Positions 51,685 to 60,906 of a stretch of 64,000 nt of DNA are shown here, in pieces (positions within the stretch are counted from its first letter, which is position 1; the number at the start of each line of letters is the position of its first letter). The notes under the pieces are model-generated. The model had not been told where the DNA came from. It searched no databases and saw only the letters and a list, made by a program, of their open reading frames with translations. The stretch lies in NCBI GenBank assembly GCA_963775425.1, contig CAVZJB010000012.1:64001-128000 (forward strand), given 5' to 3'. The position numbers were made by a program, and so were the translations under genes. This DNA comes from an uncultured delta proteobacterium. Lineage in GTDB: Bacteria > Myxococcota > UBA727 > VGSZ01.

Positions 51685-53672
51685 GACACCACCTGCAGCC
51701 GCCCGCGGCGCGGCTTGGGGATCCGCTTGAACAACGCGGCGCCGCTGCCCGTGAGCGCGCCGGCGAGGTGCTCGCGCAGCCGCATCAAGTCGGGCGGCAC
51801 GTCGACGCCGACCTCGGCCGCCAGGCGCGCGAGGGCGAGCCAGTCGGCGACGGCGCCGTGCTGCTTGTGACCCGCGGGTGACGCGCCCGGAGGCACGCCG
51901 GCGGCGTCGAAGTGCTGCGCGCGCCCCTCGAGGTTGGTGAACGAGCCCGCCTGCTCGTAGGGGTGCGCGAGCGGCAGCACGACGTCGACGAAGGGATCGA
52001 CGTCGGGCCCGCCCTCGTGCTCGAGGTCGGGCAGCGCATGCGCCAACCACACCGCCCGCGCCTGCCCCGGCGACACGGTGGGCTCACCGACGACGACGAG
52101 CGTGTCGAAGCCGCGCTTGTCGGCGCGGGCACCGAAGATCTCGTGGGCGCCGCGGGCGTTCACGAACGTCGCCGGCGCGCCGACGACGCCGAAGATCTCG
52201 CCCTCGGTGGCGCCGCTCGGCGACGGCACCGGCAGCTCGAGGAGCCCGGCCAGCTTCTCGAGGAGCGGCCGCGCCTCCGGATCGCGCGCGAGCTGCTCCG
52301 AGAACAGGAGCGTGGCGGGGCGCGCCTTGAGGTCGGCGCCAGCGCCCGCGCCTCGTTCGACGTCGTCGACGAGGCGGGCGAGCGCGGCCTTGAGGTCGGC
52401 GGGGGCGGCGCGGATGAAGCGCTGCGCGTCGCGGGCCATGCCGCCGTTTTCCGGCCCGTTGGTCTCGTTGACGACGACGAGCTTGGCGCCGCCGGGCCCC
52501 GCCGCCGTGGGCGCCACGGCGCGGTGGATCCACAGGCCGAGCATCGGGATCTCGGCGGTGACGTCGAGGCCCACCACGACGATGCTCTTGCTGATGGCGA
52601 TGTCGGCGATGCGGCCGGCGAGCGGCCACGGCGATGACGGCGTCACCCACGCGTCGCTGTCGCCGAGGAGCGCGAGCGCGCCCATGGCCTCGTTGGTGAC
52701 GGTGGGGGCGGCGACGAAGCCGGTGCGCCCCTTCTTCATCATCGCGCCCGCGCGCGCGAGCGCGTCGGCCCACGAAGCCGGAGCGAGCTTGCCGTCGTCG
52801 CCGCGCACCAGCGGGCGCGAGAGGCGCTCGCCGCGCTCCTGCGGGACGGTGCCGAAGCGCGTGGCGTCGCTGATCCACGCGTCGTTCACCTCGAGGTTCT
52901 CGCGGGGACGCACGCGCAGCACGCGGCCGTCGCGCGTGTCGACGACGATGTTGGAGCCGACGGGGTCGTCGCAGGCGATGGAGTCGGTGTGCTCGAGGTC
53001 CCACGGGCGCGCGCGGAAGCGGTACTGCCGCGAGGTCAAGGCGCCGACGGGGCAGATGTCGATGGTGTTGCCCTGAAACGGCGAGTCGTAGGTCTCGCCG
53101 GGGAGGACGCCGATCTCGCCGTAGCCGCCGCGGTCGATGACGGCGAGGGCGCGGTCGCCGGGGATCTCCTCGTGGAAGCGCACGCAGCGGTAACAGAGGA
53201 TGCAGCGCTCCTTGTCGAGGACGATCTTGTCGGACAGCTCGAACGCCTTGTCCTTGTGCCGCTTGTCCTCCTCGAACTTCGACTCGCCCGCGCCGTAGCC
53301 GAAGGTGTTGTCCTGCAGCGGGCACTCGCCGCCCTTGTCGCAGACGGGGCAGTCGAGGGGGTGGTTGGCGAGGAGCAGCGCGATGACCGACTGCTGGCCG
53401 CCCTTGGCCATGTCGCTTTGCGTGTGCACGATCATGCCCTGGCCGACGGGCGTGGTGCACGCCGTCTGCAGCCGCGGCATCTTTTCGATCTGCACGAGGC
53501 ACATGCGGCACGCGCCGACGGGCTTGAGCTTCTCGTGGTAGCAGAACACGGGGATGTGGATGCCCGCCTGACGCGCGGCCTCGACGAGGAGCGTGCCCTT
53601 CTTGGCGGTGACCTCTTCGCCGTTGATGGTGAGCGTCACGCTGTCGCTCGGGGGCGCCGTCGTCGTGGTCAT
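51681..53672 (-). CDS. nuoG: NADH-quinone oxidoreductase subunit G
   Basis: 'FCYH...GACRMCLV', 'NHPLDCPVCDKGGECPLQ', 'RCILCYRCVRF', 'DICPVGALT'. Confidence 0.93.
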   Translation of the reverse strand: MTTTTAPPSDSVTLTINGEEVTAKKGTLLVEAARQAGIHIPVFCYHEKLKPVGACRMCLVQIEKMPRLQTACTTPVGQGMIVHTQSDMAKGGQQSVIALLLANHPLDCPVCDKGGECPLQDNTFGYGAGESKFEEDKRHKDKAFELSDKIVLDKERCILCYRCVRFHEEIPGDRALAVIDRGGYGEIGVLPGETYDSPFQGNTIDICPVGALTSRQYRFRARPWDLEHTDSIACDDPVGSNIVVDTRDGRVLRVRPRENLEVNDAWISDATRFGTVPQERGERLSRPLVRGDDGKLAPASWADALARAGAMMKKGRTGFVAAPTVTNEAMGALALLGDSDAWVTPSSPWPLAGRIADIAISKSIVVVGLDVTAEIPMLGLWIHRAVAPTAAGPGGAKLVVVNETNGPENGGMARDAQRFIRAAPADLKAALARLVDDVERGAGAGADLKARPATLLFSEQLARDPEARPLLEKLAGLLELPVPSPSGATEGEIFGVVGAPATFVNARGAHEIFGARADKRGFDTLVVVGEPTVSPGQARAVWLAHALPDLEHEGGPDVDPFVDVVLPLAHPYEQAGSFTNLEGRAQHFDAAGVPPGASPAGHKQHGAVADWLALARLAAEVGVDVPPDLMRLREHLAGALTGSGAALFKRIPKPRRGRLQVVS

Positions 53673-53716
53673 GGGGGCGGTCTTATGTGGGAGCGCGTCT
53701 CCGTCAAGCCCCGTGC

Positions 53717-55756
53717 TCAGGCGGACAGGACGAGGCCGCGGGATCCGTCGACGCGCACCCGCCGGCCGTCCGCGAGCGCGCGCGTGCCGTCGACGGTGCC
53801 AAGGACGGCCGGCACGCGGTACTCGCGCGCGACCAGCGCGGCGGGGGACAGCGCGCCGCCGGTGTCGACGACGACGGCGGCGGCGCGCAGGAAGAGGGCG
53901 GTCCACGCCGGCGTCACCCGCGGCGCCACCAGCACCTCGCCGGGCAGCAGGCGCGGCCAGTCCTCGGGGCCGCGCAGCACGCGCACGGCGCCCTCGGCGA
54001 CGCCGGCGCTCGCGGCGACGCCGCGGAGCAGCGGCGCAGCGCCACCGCCACCGTCGCCGTCGCCGTCGAGGTCGAGGTCGAGGTCGAGGGCGAGGGCGCG
54101 GCGCGGCGGCGGCGCGCGCCACGGGGGCGCGGCCGCGCGTCCCTGGGCGCGCGCGGCGGCGAGCGCGCGGGTCAAGGACGGCGCGACGCGGCGGGCGAGG
54201 GCGGCGCGCACCTCGTCGGCGGTGAGGTGGAGGACGTCATCGGCGCCGTCGAGGGCGCCGACGGCGACGAGGCGGCGGCCGAGCTCGAGGCGCGCGGCGT
54301 GGATGGCCGGCAGCCCGAGGCCGAGGAGCGCGCGCGTGTCCTCGCGGACGCGCGGCAGGTGGCGCGCGTGGGCGAGCGTGCGGCGATACAGCGTGCGCAG
54401 CGGCGGGGCGATGGCGTCGTCGGCGTCGGCGTCGGCGTACGTGCGCGCGGCCTGCGGCGCCGTCGGCGGCCCCGCGGCGAGGGCCCGCACGGCCGCGAGA
54501 GGGATCTCGGGCGCCGCGCGGAACGACGGCGCCGTCGCGGTGAAGGGGCCGCCGCAGCCGCGGTGGCCGTGCTCGTCGAGGAACGCGCGGAAGGCGGCGA
54601 GGAACGCGCGCCCCGGCTGGCTCTGCGCGAGCGCGCTCACGAGGCGCGCCGGCTCGGTCGCCGAGAACGCGCGCCGTAAGGACGGCTCCGCGCGCACGCG
54701 CGCCGCGAGCTCCTCGAGGCCGCGGTTCATGGCGAGCGTAAGCGTGTCGCCGCCGCCGGCGACGAGCTCGGCGAAGCGCGCGCGCTCTCCGGCGGCGAGG
54801 AGGAGGATCCACAGCAGCGCCGCGTCGCGCAGCGCCGGCGGCAGGTAGCGTCCGCGCAGCGTCGCGACGCGGAGGCCGACGGCGTTGGCGTCGTCGATGA
54901 CGGCGAAGAGCTCCTCCGGCGACGCGCGCGCGAAGTCCTGGCGCTCGAGGCGGTGCGCCCGTGCGCGCACCTCGTGGACGAGGGGGTCGTCGAGGAGCGT
55001 CGCGGGATCCACCGCTCGTGTGCGCCACAAGGACAACAGCGGCCGCCACAGGACACGCACCGTCGGGCGCACCGGCAGCGCGGCCTTCATGCGCGTCACC
55101 ACGCCCTCCTGCTCCTCGAACAGCTCGTCGACGTCGAGCGCGCGGCCACCGAACGGCGCGACGGTCGCCTCGACGAACGCGGAGAACAGGCGCGGGGCGC
55201 CGTCGGCGTCGACCGGAAAGGGGCGCTCGGGGAACAGCTCTTCGCACAGCGCCGCCCGCCAGCGCGCCGCACGTTCGCGCGCGCGGGCGATCGCGCGGAC
55301 GCCGACGCGGCCCGCCGCGGGCGCGCCGCGCGCGCGTCTGCCTGCGCGCCGCGCGGCCCCGACGACGACGACGTCGAGGCCCTCGCCGTCGACGACGCCG
55401 CGCAGCGCCCGGTCGTGCACGGCCTCGTCGCTCCACCACGAGGCCCACGCCCGCCGGAGGCCGTCGACGCCCGCGTCGCCGGCGGCGGCGCGCACGGCGT
55501 CGTCGACGGCGCCGGGGAGCGGCGCGGTGAGGAGGCGCGCGCGGGCCTCGGCGGCGACCGCCGCGAGGCGCGGATCGCCGGCCTCCAGCACGCGCATCTC
55601 GTCGACGAGGGCAGCGATGCCCGCGGCGCGCGCGGCCTCGCGGTACGCGTCCGCGGAGACGCGCACGGCGGCCGGGGCGGCGCGTCGTGCGCGCAGGCCG
55701 ACGGCACGCGCGCGGGCGCCGACGGGTGATGCGAGGGGGGCGACGAGCGCGCGCAT
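53717..55756 (-). CDS. PEP-utilising enzyme/rifampin-phosphotransferase-like protein, degenerate
   Basis: C-terminal mobile domain 'GVAASAGVAEGAVRV...PGEVLVA...TPAW...GGALSPAALVAREY..PAVLG'; 'FLDEHGHRG' middle domain; reduced N-terminus. Confidence 0.75.
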   Translation of the reverse strand: MRALVAPLASPVGARARAVGLRARRAAPAAVRVSADAYREAARAAGIAALVDEMRVLEAGDPRLAAVAAEARARLLTAPLPGAVDDAVRAAAGDAGVDGLRRAWASWWSDEAVHDRALRGVVDGEGLDVVVVGAARRAGRRARGAPAAGRVGVRAIARARERAARWRAALCEELFPERPFPVDADGAPRLFSAFVEATVAPFGGRALDVDELFEEQEGVVTRMKAALPVRPTVRVLWRPLLSLWRTRAVDPATLLDDPLVHEVRARAHRLERQDFARASPEELFAVIDDANAVGLRVATLRGRYLPPALRDAALLWILLLAAGERARFAELVAGGGDTLTLAMNRGLEELAARVRAEPSLRRAFSATEPARLVSALAQSQPGRAFLAAFRAFLDEHGHRGCGGPFTATAPSFRAAPEIPLAAVRALAAGPPTAPQAARTYADADADDAIAPPLRTLYRRTLAHARHLPRVREDTRALLGLGLPAIHAARLELGRRLVAVGALDGADDVLHLTADEVRAALARRVAPSLTRALAAARAQGRAAAPPWRAPPPRRALALDLDLDLDGDGDGGGGAAPLLRGVAASAGVAEGAVRVLRGPEDWPRLLPGEVLVAPRVTPAWTALFLRAAAVVVDTGGALSPAALVAREYRVPAVLGTVDGTRALADGRRVRVDGSRGLVLSA

Positions 55757-55829
55757 GTCACAAGCGTGGCAACTCGACGCGCGCGAATCACGGCGCGGGG
55801 CTCCGGCCGTTCGTGGTATTGCGCACCGG

Positions 55830-56414
55830 ATGGGCTACCTCGACACGATCAACCGCGTCATGACGGGGAACTACGACAACGCGTCCGAGGAAGAGCGCAA
55901 AGCTGCGGCCAAGGAAGTCATCACGGTGTGTGCGGCCGCGGCGAGCGCCGTGACCATCCAGCCGTTTCCGGTGGCGGACGTCGTCTTGATGAGCCCCATC
56001 CAGATCGCCATGGTGCAGGCCGTCGGCAAGGTCCACGGGTACAAGCTCGAGAAGAAGGCCATCCTCGAGATCATCTCCACGTTCGGCGCGTCGCTGGTGG
56101 CGCAAAACGTGATCATGGCCGCGGCCAAGCTCGTGCCGGTGCTCGGGTCCATCGTCGCGATGTCGATGGCGTACGCGCTCACCTACGCCATCGGCGAGGT
56201 CAGCGACCACTACTTCAAAAACGGCAGGAGCGTCAGCTCGTCGGAGCTCAAGGACCGCTTCAATTCCGTCTACAAGGCGAAGAAGGCGGAGCGGGAGAAG
56301 GCCGGCAAGTCCCTCAAAGACAAGCTCGAAGCGTTGAAGAAGGCGCGCGAGCAGGGCGTGCTCTCCGAGGAAGAATTCGAAAAGAAGAAAGAAGAAGTCC
56401 TTTCGGGGTTTTGA
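55830..56414 (+). CDS. DUF697/YcjF-like protein with C-terminal SHOCT domain
   Basis: 'QPFPVAD...IQIAMV...LVPVLGS...TYAIGEV...YF'; 'LEALKK.REQGVLSEEEFEKKK.EVL'. Confidence 0.8.
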   Translation: MGYLDTINRVMTGNYDNASEEERKAAAKEVITVCAAAASAVTIQPFPVADVVLMSPIQIAMVQAVGKVHGYKLEKKAILEIISTFGASLVAQNVIMAAAKLVPVLGSIVAMSMAYALTYAIGEVSDHYFKNGRSVSSSELKDRFNSVYKAKKAEREKAGKSLKDKLEALKKAREQGVLSEEEFEKKKEEVLSGF

Positions 56415-56417
56415 GCC

Positions 56418-58322
56418 ATGGAGCTCGCAGAAGCCGTCAAGAAGCTCGACGACGCCGACAAGGCCGTGCGCGACGACGCCATGGGCGTGGTGCTGAAGGC
56501 CAAGGCCGGCGCCGTCCCTCACCTCGTCGACGCGCTCGGCATACCGGGCGCGCCGGTGAAGAAGATCGCGCTCCTGCTCGCGGCGCTCTCCGCGCGTGAG
56601 GGTCTGCCGCGCTTGTACGAGCTGCTCGACAAGGGCGTGCTCGACGTCGACGCGCGCGCGGTGGTCGCGCGTGCCTTCGGCGAGCTCCTCGACGGCCGCG
56701 ACGCCTTCGACGCCACCGCCAAGCGCGCGCTGCTCGGGCTCTCTCGCGACCCGCACGCCACCACGCGGCAGCTCGCGGTGAAGGCCATGAAGAAGGTCGG
56801 CGACGCCGAGTGCGTCTCGCGTCTGAAGGAGATGGCCGCCGCGGACCGGGACTCGGCCGCGCGCTCGGCGGCCGCCGCCGCGGTGCCGGGGGAGCCGCCG
56901 CTGCCCGAGGAGGGCGGCCTCGCCGTCGACCTCGAGGCGCTCGTGGCGGCGCAGCAGGCCTCGGCGGGGCAGGGGCCGTTTGACGAGGACGCGCCCAGCG
57001 GTCCGTTCGCGCCGCTCGTGCTCAAGCTGCGTGACCCGCGCTGGCCGGTGCGCAACGCCGCCGTCGAGGAGGCGGTGCAGGCGGGCAAGGACGCGGTGCC
57101 GTCGCTCCTCGAGGTGCTCGCCGGGCGTTGGGTGTCCGCGAAGATCGGCGCCGCGCAGGCGCTGGCCCGCATCCAGGCGCCGGACGCGGCGCGCGCGCTC
57201 CTCGACGTCGCCGTCCGGCCGGCGCGGTCCGACGACGAGCGGGAGCTCCGGCCCATCGCGCTCAAGGCGCTGGCCAACTCGCTCACCGGCGGCGAGGAGG
57301 ACATGGCGCAGCCGCTCCTGCCGCTCGTGAAGGACGATGATGCGTTCGTGCGCGCCGGCGCCCTCCTCTGCCTCGGCCGCCTCGCCGATCGCGTCGGCGC
57401 CCGCGCCGCCACCCTCGCGCTCACCGATCCGCACGAGCACGTGAAAGAGGCGGCGGCGGTGGCGCTCTCCGAGGGCGTGCGCGAGGAGGACCAGGACCTG
57501 GTGCTGCCGCTCCTCGCCATCCTCGGCGGGATGCCGTCGCCGACGGTGGCCGTGCGCGAGGCCATCCTGCTGGCGCTCGCGCGCATCCACGTCGACGATC
57601 CCGCCACGCTCCTCCGGCTGCGCCACCGCGTGCGCCCGAGCGTCCTCGGCCTCACCTCGAGCCTGCGGCGCACGGCCATCGCAGTGCTCGAGCGGTGCTA
57701 CGGCGAGGACGATCCGCCGCCCACCGGCGTCGTCGACGACGTCCTCGGCCGCCTCGCCGACGACCACCCCGAGGTGCGCCTGCTCGCCGCGAGCTTCCTC
57801 GCCACGCACCTCGAGCCGGGGATGACCGGCGCGGTGGAGAAGCTCGAGGACGCGCTCGACCGCGCGGAGACGCCGGTGTCGCTCTTGAGCCTCGAGGCGT
57901 TGAGGCGCCACGACACCGGCAAGGCCCGGCGCGCGCTCGAGGCGGCGTGCGAGGACCCCGACGAGGTCGTGGCGTCGCGGGCCAAGGAGCTGCTCGAGGG
58001 GTTCGCGCCGTCGACGCAGGAGTGGACGGCCGCCGTCGTCGCGCCGTCGATCGTCGCGCCGTCGATCGTCGCGCCGTCGACCGTCGCGCCGTCGATCGTC
58101 GAGCCGTCGATCGTCGAGCCGTCGATCGTCGAGCCGTCGAGGCGGGTCCGTCCGCTGCGCGCGGGGGAGGGCAGCGGCGACGTCGTCGAGGCGAAGGACG
58201 CGGCCGTGCCGTCGTCGGGGAGCCTCAAGGAGCGGCTGTTGGCCACCGAGGCGCTGCCCGAGGAAGAGCGCGCGCGCGCGCGCGCGGCGGTGCTGGCGTC
58301 GTTCACCGAAGAAGGCTCTTGA
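56418..58322 (+). CDS. HEAT-repeat protein
   Basis: Multiple 'L.D....VR..A..AL' repeats. Confidence 0.85.
   Translation: MELAEAVKKLDDADKAVRDDAMGVVLKAKAGAVPHLVDALGIPGAPVKKIALLLAALSAREGLPRLYELLDKGVLDVDARAVVARAFGELLDGRDAFDATAKRALLGLSRDPHATTRQLAVKAMKKVGDAECVSRLKEMAAADRDSAARSAAAAAVPGEPPLPEEGGLAVDLEALVAAQQASAGQGPFDEDAPSGPFAPLVLKLRDPRWPVRNAAVEEAVQAGKDAVPSLLEVLAGRWVSAKIGAAQALARIQAPDAARALLDVAVRPARSDDERELRPIALKALANSLTGGEEDMAQPLLPLVKDDDAFVRAGALLCLGRLADRVGARAATLALTDPHEHVKEAAAVALSEGVREEDQDLVLPLLAILGGMPSPTVAVREAILLALARIHVDDPATLLRLRHRVRPSVLGLTSSLRRTAIAVLERCYGEDDPPPTGVVDDVLGRLADDHPEVRLLAASFLATHLEPGMTGAVEKLEDALDRAETPVSLLSLEALRRHDTGKARRALEAACEDPDEVVASRAKELLEGFAPSTQEWTAAVVAPSIVAPSIVAPSTVAPSIVEPSIVEPSIVEPSRRVRPLRAGEGSGDVVEAKDAAVPSSGSLKERLLATEALPEEERARARAAVLASFTEEGS
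58036..58140. repeat. 15-bp coding tandem repeat (~7 copies, IVAPS/IVEPS) in the HEAT protein
   Basis: GTCG(C/A)GCCGTCGATC units visible; similar 15-bp arrays at ~11845-11915 and ~15740-15850. Confidence 0.75.
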
Positions 58323-58334
58323 AGAGGTCGAGGG

Positions 58335-59387
58335 ATGCCGCTGTTCGACATCACGTCGGGGATCAAGGCCCGCTACAAGACGGGGGCCATGCCGCCGGCG
58401 GCGTACGACATCATGAAGAAGATCGTCGTCACGTTCGCCAAGCGCGGCTACGCCGTCGACTGGCGCGAGCAGAGGCCGCCCGAGCGCGTGGTGGCCAGGC
58501 TCACCGACAAGGACGGCACGGATCTGCTGGCCGAGGTGGACGTCGTCGACGAGGGGACGCTCACCCGCTGCGACGTCCACATCCACGGCCACGTCTTCCT
58601 CGGGGGGCTGCTCGGCCGGTTGGTGTCGGCGAGCACCATCCAGAGCCGCGCGCAGGACAAGATCAAGGAGCTCCTCGACGAGCACTTCGCCGGGCAGCCC
58701 GCGAAGCACGCGCCGGCTCCGGCGGGCTCGGTGCCGGCGCCCGCCGGCGCCGCCGCCGCGCGCGCGCGCCCCGCGGGCGGGCCCCCCGCGGGCGCTCCCA
58801 GCGCGCGCCACGCCGTGACGCCGACGGCCCCGCCCCCCTCGAAGCCGGCGCAGGGTGAGACCTGGCAGGCGCTCTCGGAGGGGGTGCTCGCCGGGAGGCC
58901 GGCGCCGGAGCCGGCGGTGATCATCCGGCGGGCGGCGGCGGCGGCAGGCGCCCTCGGCGACGCCATGCTCATCCAGTTCGTGCAGCTCGCGCTCGTGCAG
59001 GCGCTCGCGTGCAGCCGCGGCAACAAGCTCGACAAGGCCGCGGCCGCGCAACTGCTCGCGCGCATCGCCCCGTCGCCGGCGCAGGTGGAGATGGCGTCGT
59101 CGGCCAAGGGCAAGCTGGGCGGCACCCACGCCGCCTACGCGCTCACCGCTGCCCTCGGCGAGGTCGCGCTCCGCTCGTTCGACGACGACGCCCCCGGGGA
59201 CGAGGCGCTGCGAGACCTCTTCGGCGCCGCCTTCGAGCGCGTCCGCGGCGAGCGCGTCGCCGCGCAGAGAGACGGCAGCTCGTCCGTCGTCGAGCGCTTC
59301 GCGCAGGTGCAGGAGGCGTACGACGCGGACCTCATCAGCGAGGCGGAGATGCTCGTCCTCAAGGAGCGCGTCCTCGCCACCGGCTGA
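58335..59387 (+). CDS. Hypothetical protein with Pro/Ala linker and C-terminal DUF697/SHOCT-like remnant
   Basis: 'AAYALTAALGEV' and 'DLISEAEM..LKERVL' echo the 55830 protein. Confidence 0.65.
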   Translation: MPLFDITSGIKARYKTGAMPPAAYDIMKKIVVTFAKRGYAVDWREQRPPERVVARLTDKDGTDLLAEVDVVDEGTLTRCDVHIHGHVFLGGLLGRLVSASTIQSRAQDKIKELLDEHFAGQPAKHAPAPAGSVPAPAGAAAARARPAGGPPAGAPSARHAVTPTAPPPSKPAQGETWQALSEGVLAGRPAPEPAVIIRRAAAAAGALGDAMLIQFVQLALVQALACSRGNKLDKAAAAQLLARIAPSPAQVEMASSAKGKLGGTHAAYALTAALGEVALRSFDDDAPGDEALRDLFGAAFERVRGERVAAQRDGSSSVVERFAQVQEAYDADLISEAEMLVLKERVLATG

Positions 59388-59488
59388 GGCGGGGGCAAGC
59401 GGCCCCGGCGCCGGCGAGGCCTCGACGACGTCGTCACTGCGCTTGACACACGCGCGTCCTCTCGCGATTCCTCACCGAGGAGGTGGAG

Positions 59489-60862
59489 ATGACGTCGCAC
59501 ACCGTTGAGAAGATCGCACCGGGACCCAAGGGCAGCTTTGTCTTCGGCAGCCTCTCGCAGATGAGGCGCGACGCGCTGCATTTCCTCGCCGGATCCGCGC
59601 GCGACTACGGCGACATCGTGAGGCTCGACCTCGTCGAGACCGTGCACCTCGTCAACCACCCCGACTACATCCAGCACGTCTTGCAGGACAACCACACCAA
59701 CTACGAGAAGGGCTTCCTCTACGGTCGCCTCAAGGTCCTCGTCGGCAACGGGCTGCTCACCAGCAACGGCGATTTCTGGCTGCGCCAGCGCCGCATCGCC
59801 GCGCCCGCGTTCCACAAAGATCGCCTGGCCGCCCTGCACGACGTGATGGTCCGCCGCACGCAGCAGATGCTTGACGAGTGGCAACGGCACATCGACGCGA
59901 ACGAGGTGTTCGACGTCGCCGCCGAGATGATGCGGCTCACGCTCGGCATCGCCGGCGAGACGCTGTTCGGCGTCGACCTGCTCGAACAGGCGGAGGAGGT
60001 CGGGGAAGCCGCCGCCGACGCGCTCGAGATCTTGAACCTCCGCGGGATGTCGTTGCTCGTCCTGCCCATGGCCATCCCGACGTCGCAAAACCGCCGCCTC
60101 GCACGCGCCATCAAGACCCTCGACGACGTCGTGAACGGCGTCATCCGCGAGCGCCGCGCCGCTCCCGCGGGTGGTCCCCCCAAGCACGACTTGCTGCAGA
60201 TGCTGATGGATGCGAGGGACGGCGACACCGGCGAGGGCATGACCGACGAGCAACTGCGCGACGAGGCCATGACGCTCCTGCTCGCGGGGCACGAGACCAC
60301 CGCGCGCGCGCTCGCGTGGACCTGGTACCTCCTGAGCCAGCACCCGTTCGTCGAGCGGGCCTTGCACAAGGAGGTGGCCGACGTCCTCGGCGGGCGCGCG
60401 GTCACCGTCGACGACCTCGCCAAGCTTCCGTTCACCGAGAGCGTGGTGAAGGAGGCCCTCCGCCTCTATCCGCCCGCCTGGATCTTCGAGCGCACGGCCA
60501 AACAGGACGACGTCATCGGCGGCTTTCACATCAAGAAGGGCAGCACGGTGATGATGTCGCCCTGGGTGATGCACCGGCACCCGCGGTACTGGGACAACCC
60601 CGACGCGTTCGACCCCTCGCGCCACACAGCGCCGGACGCCGCCAAGCGGCCGCACTTCGCCTACTTCCCGTTCGCCGCCGGGCCACGCATGTGCATCGGC
60701 TGGCACTTCGCGATGATGGAGCTCGTCACCGTCGTCGCCACCGTCACGCAGCGGGTGCAGCTCACGCTGGCCCCCGGGTTCGAAGCCGTGCCCGAGCCGA
60801 CCATTACGCTGCGGCCCGCCGACGGCATGAAGATGTCGGCCAGGCGCGTCGCGTCCACCTGA
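59489..60862 (+). CDS. Cytochrome P450
   Basis: AGHETT, EALR (ExxR), FDPSR, 'PFAAGPRMCIG' heme Cys. Confidence 0.95.
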   Translation: MTSHTVEKIAPGPKGSFVFGSLSQMRRDALHFLAGSARDYGDIVRLDLVETVHLVNHPDYIQHVLQDNHTNYEKGFLYGRLKVLVGNGLLTSNGDFWLRQRRIAAPAFHKDRLAALHDVMVRRTQQMLDEWQRHIDANEVFDVAAEMMRLTLGIAGETLFGVDLLEQAEEVGEAAADALEILNLRGMSLLVLPMAIPTSQNRRLARAIKTLDDVVNGVIRERRAAPAGGPPKHDLLQMLMDARDGDTGEGMTDEQLRDEAMTLLLAGHETTARALAWTWYLLSQHPFVERALHKEVADVLGGRAVTVDDLAKLPFTESVVKEALRLYPPAWIFERTAKQDDVIGGFHIKKGSTVMMSPWVMHRHPRYWDNPDAFDPSRHTAPDAAKRPHFAYFPFAAGPRMCIGWHFAMMELVTVVATVTQRVQLTLAPGFEAVPEPTITLRPADGMKMSARRVAST

Positions 60863-60906
60863 GGCGCCGGGTTGAAATTGCGCGGTGCGTTGGGCATCCC
60901 GACGCC

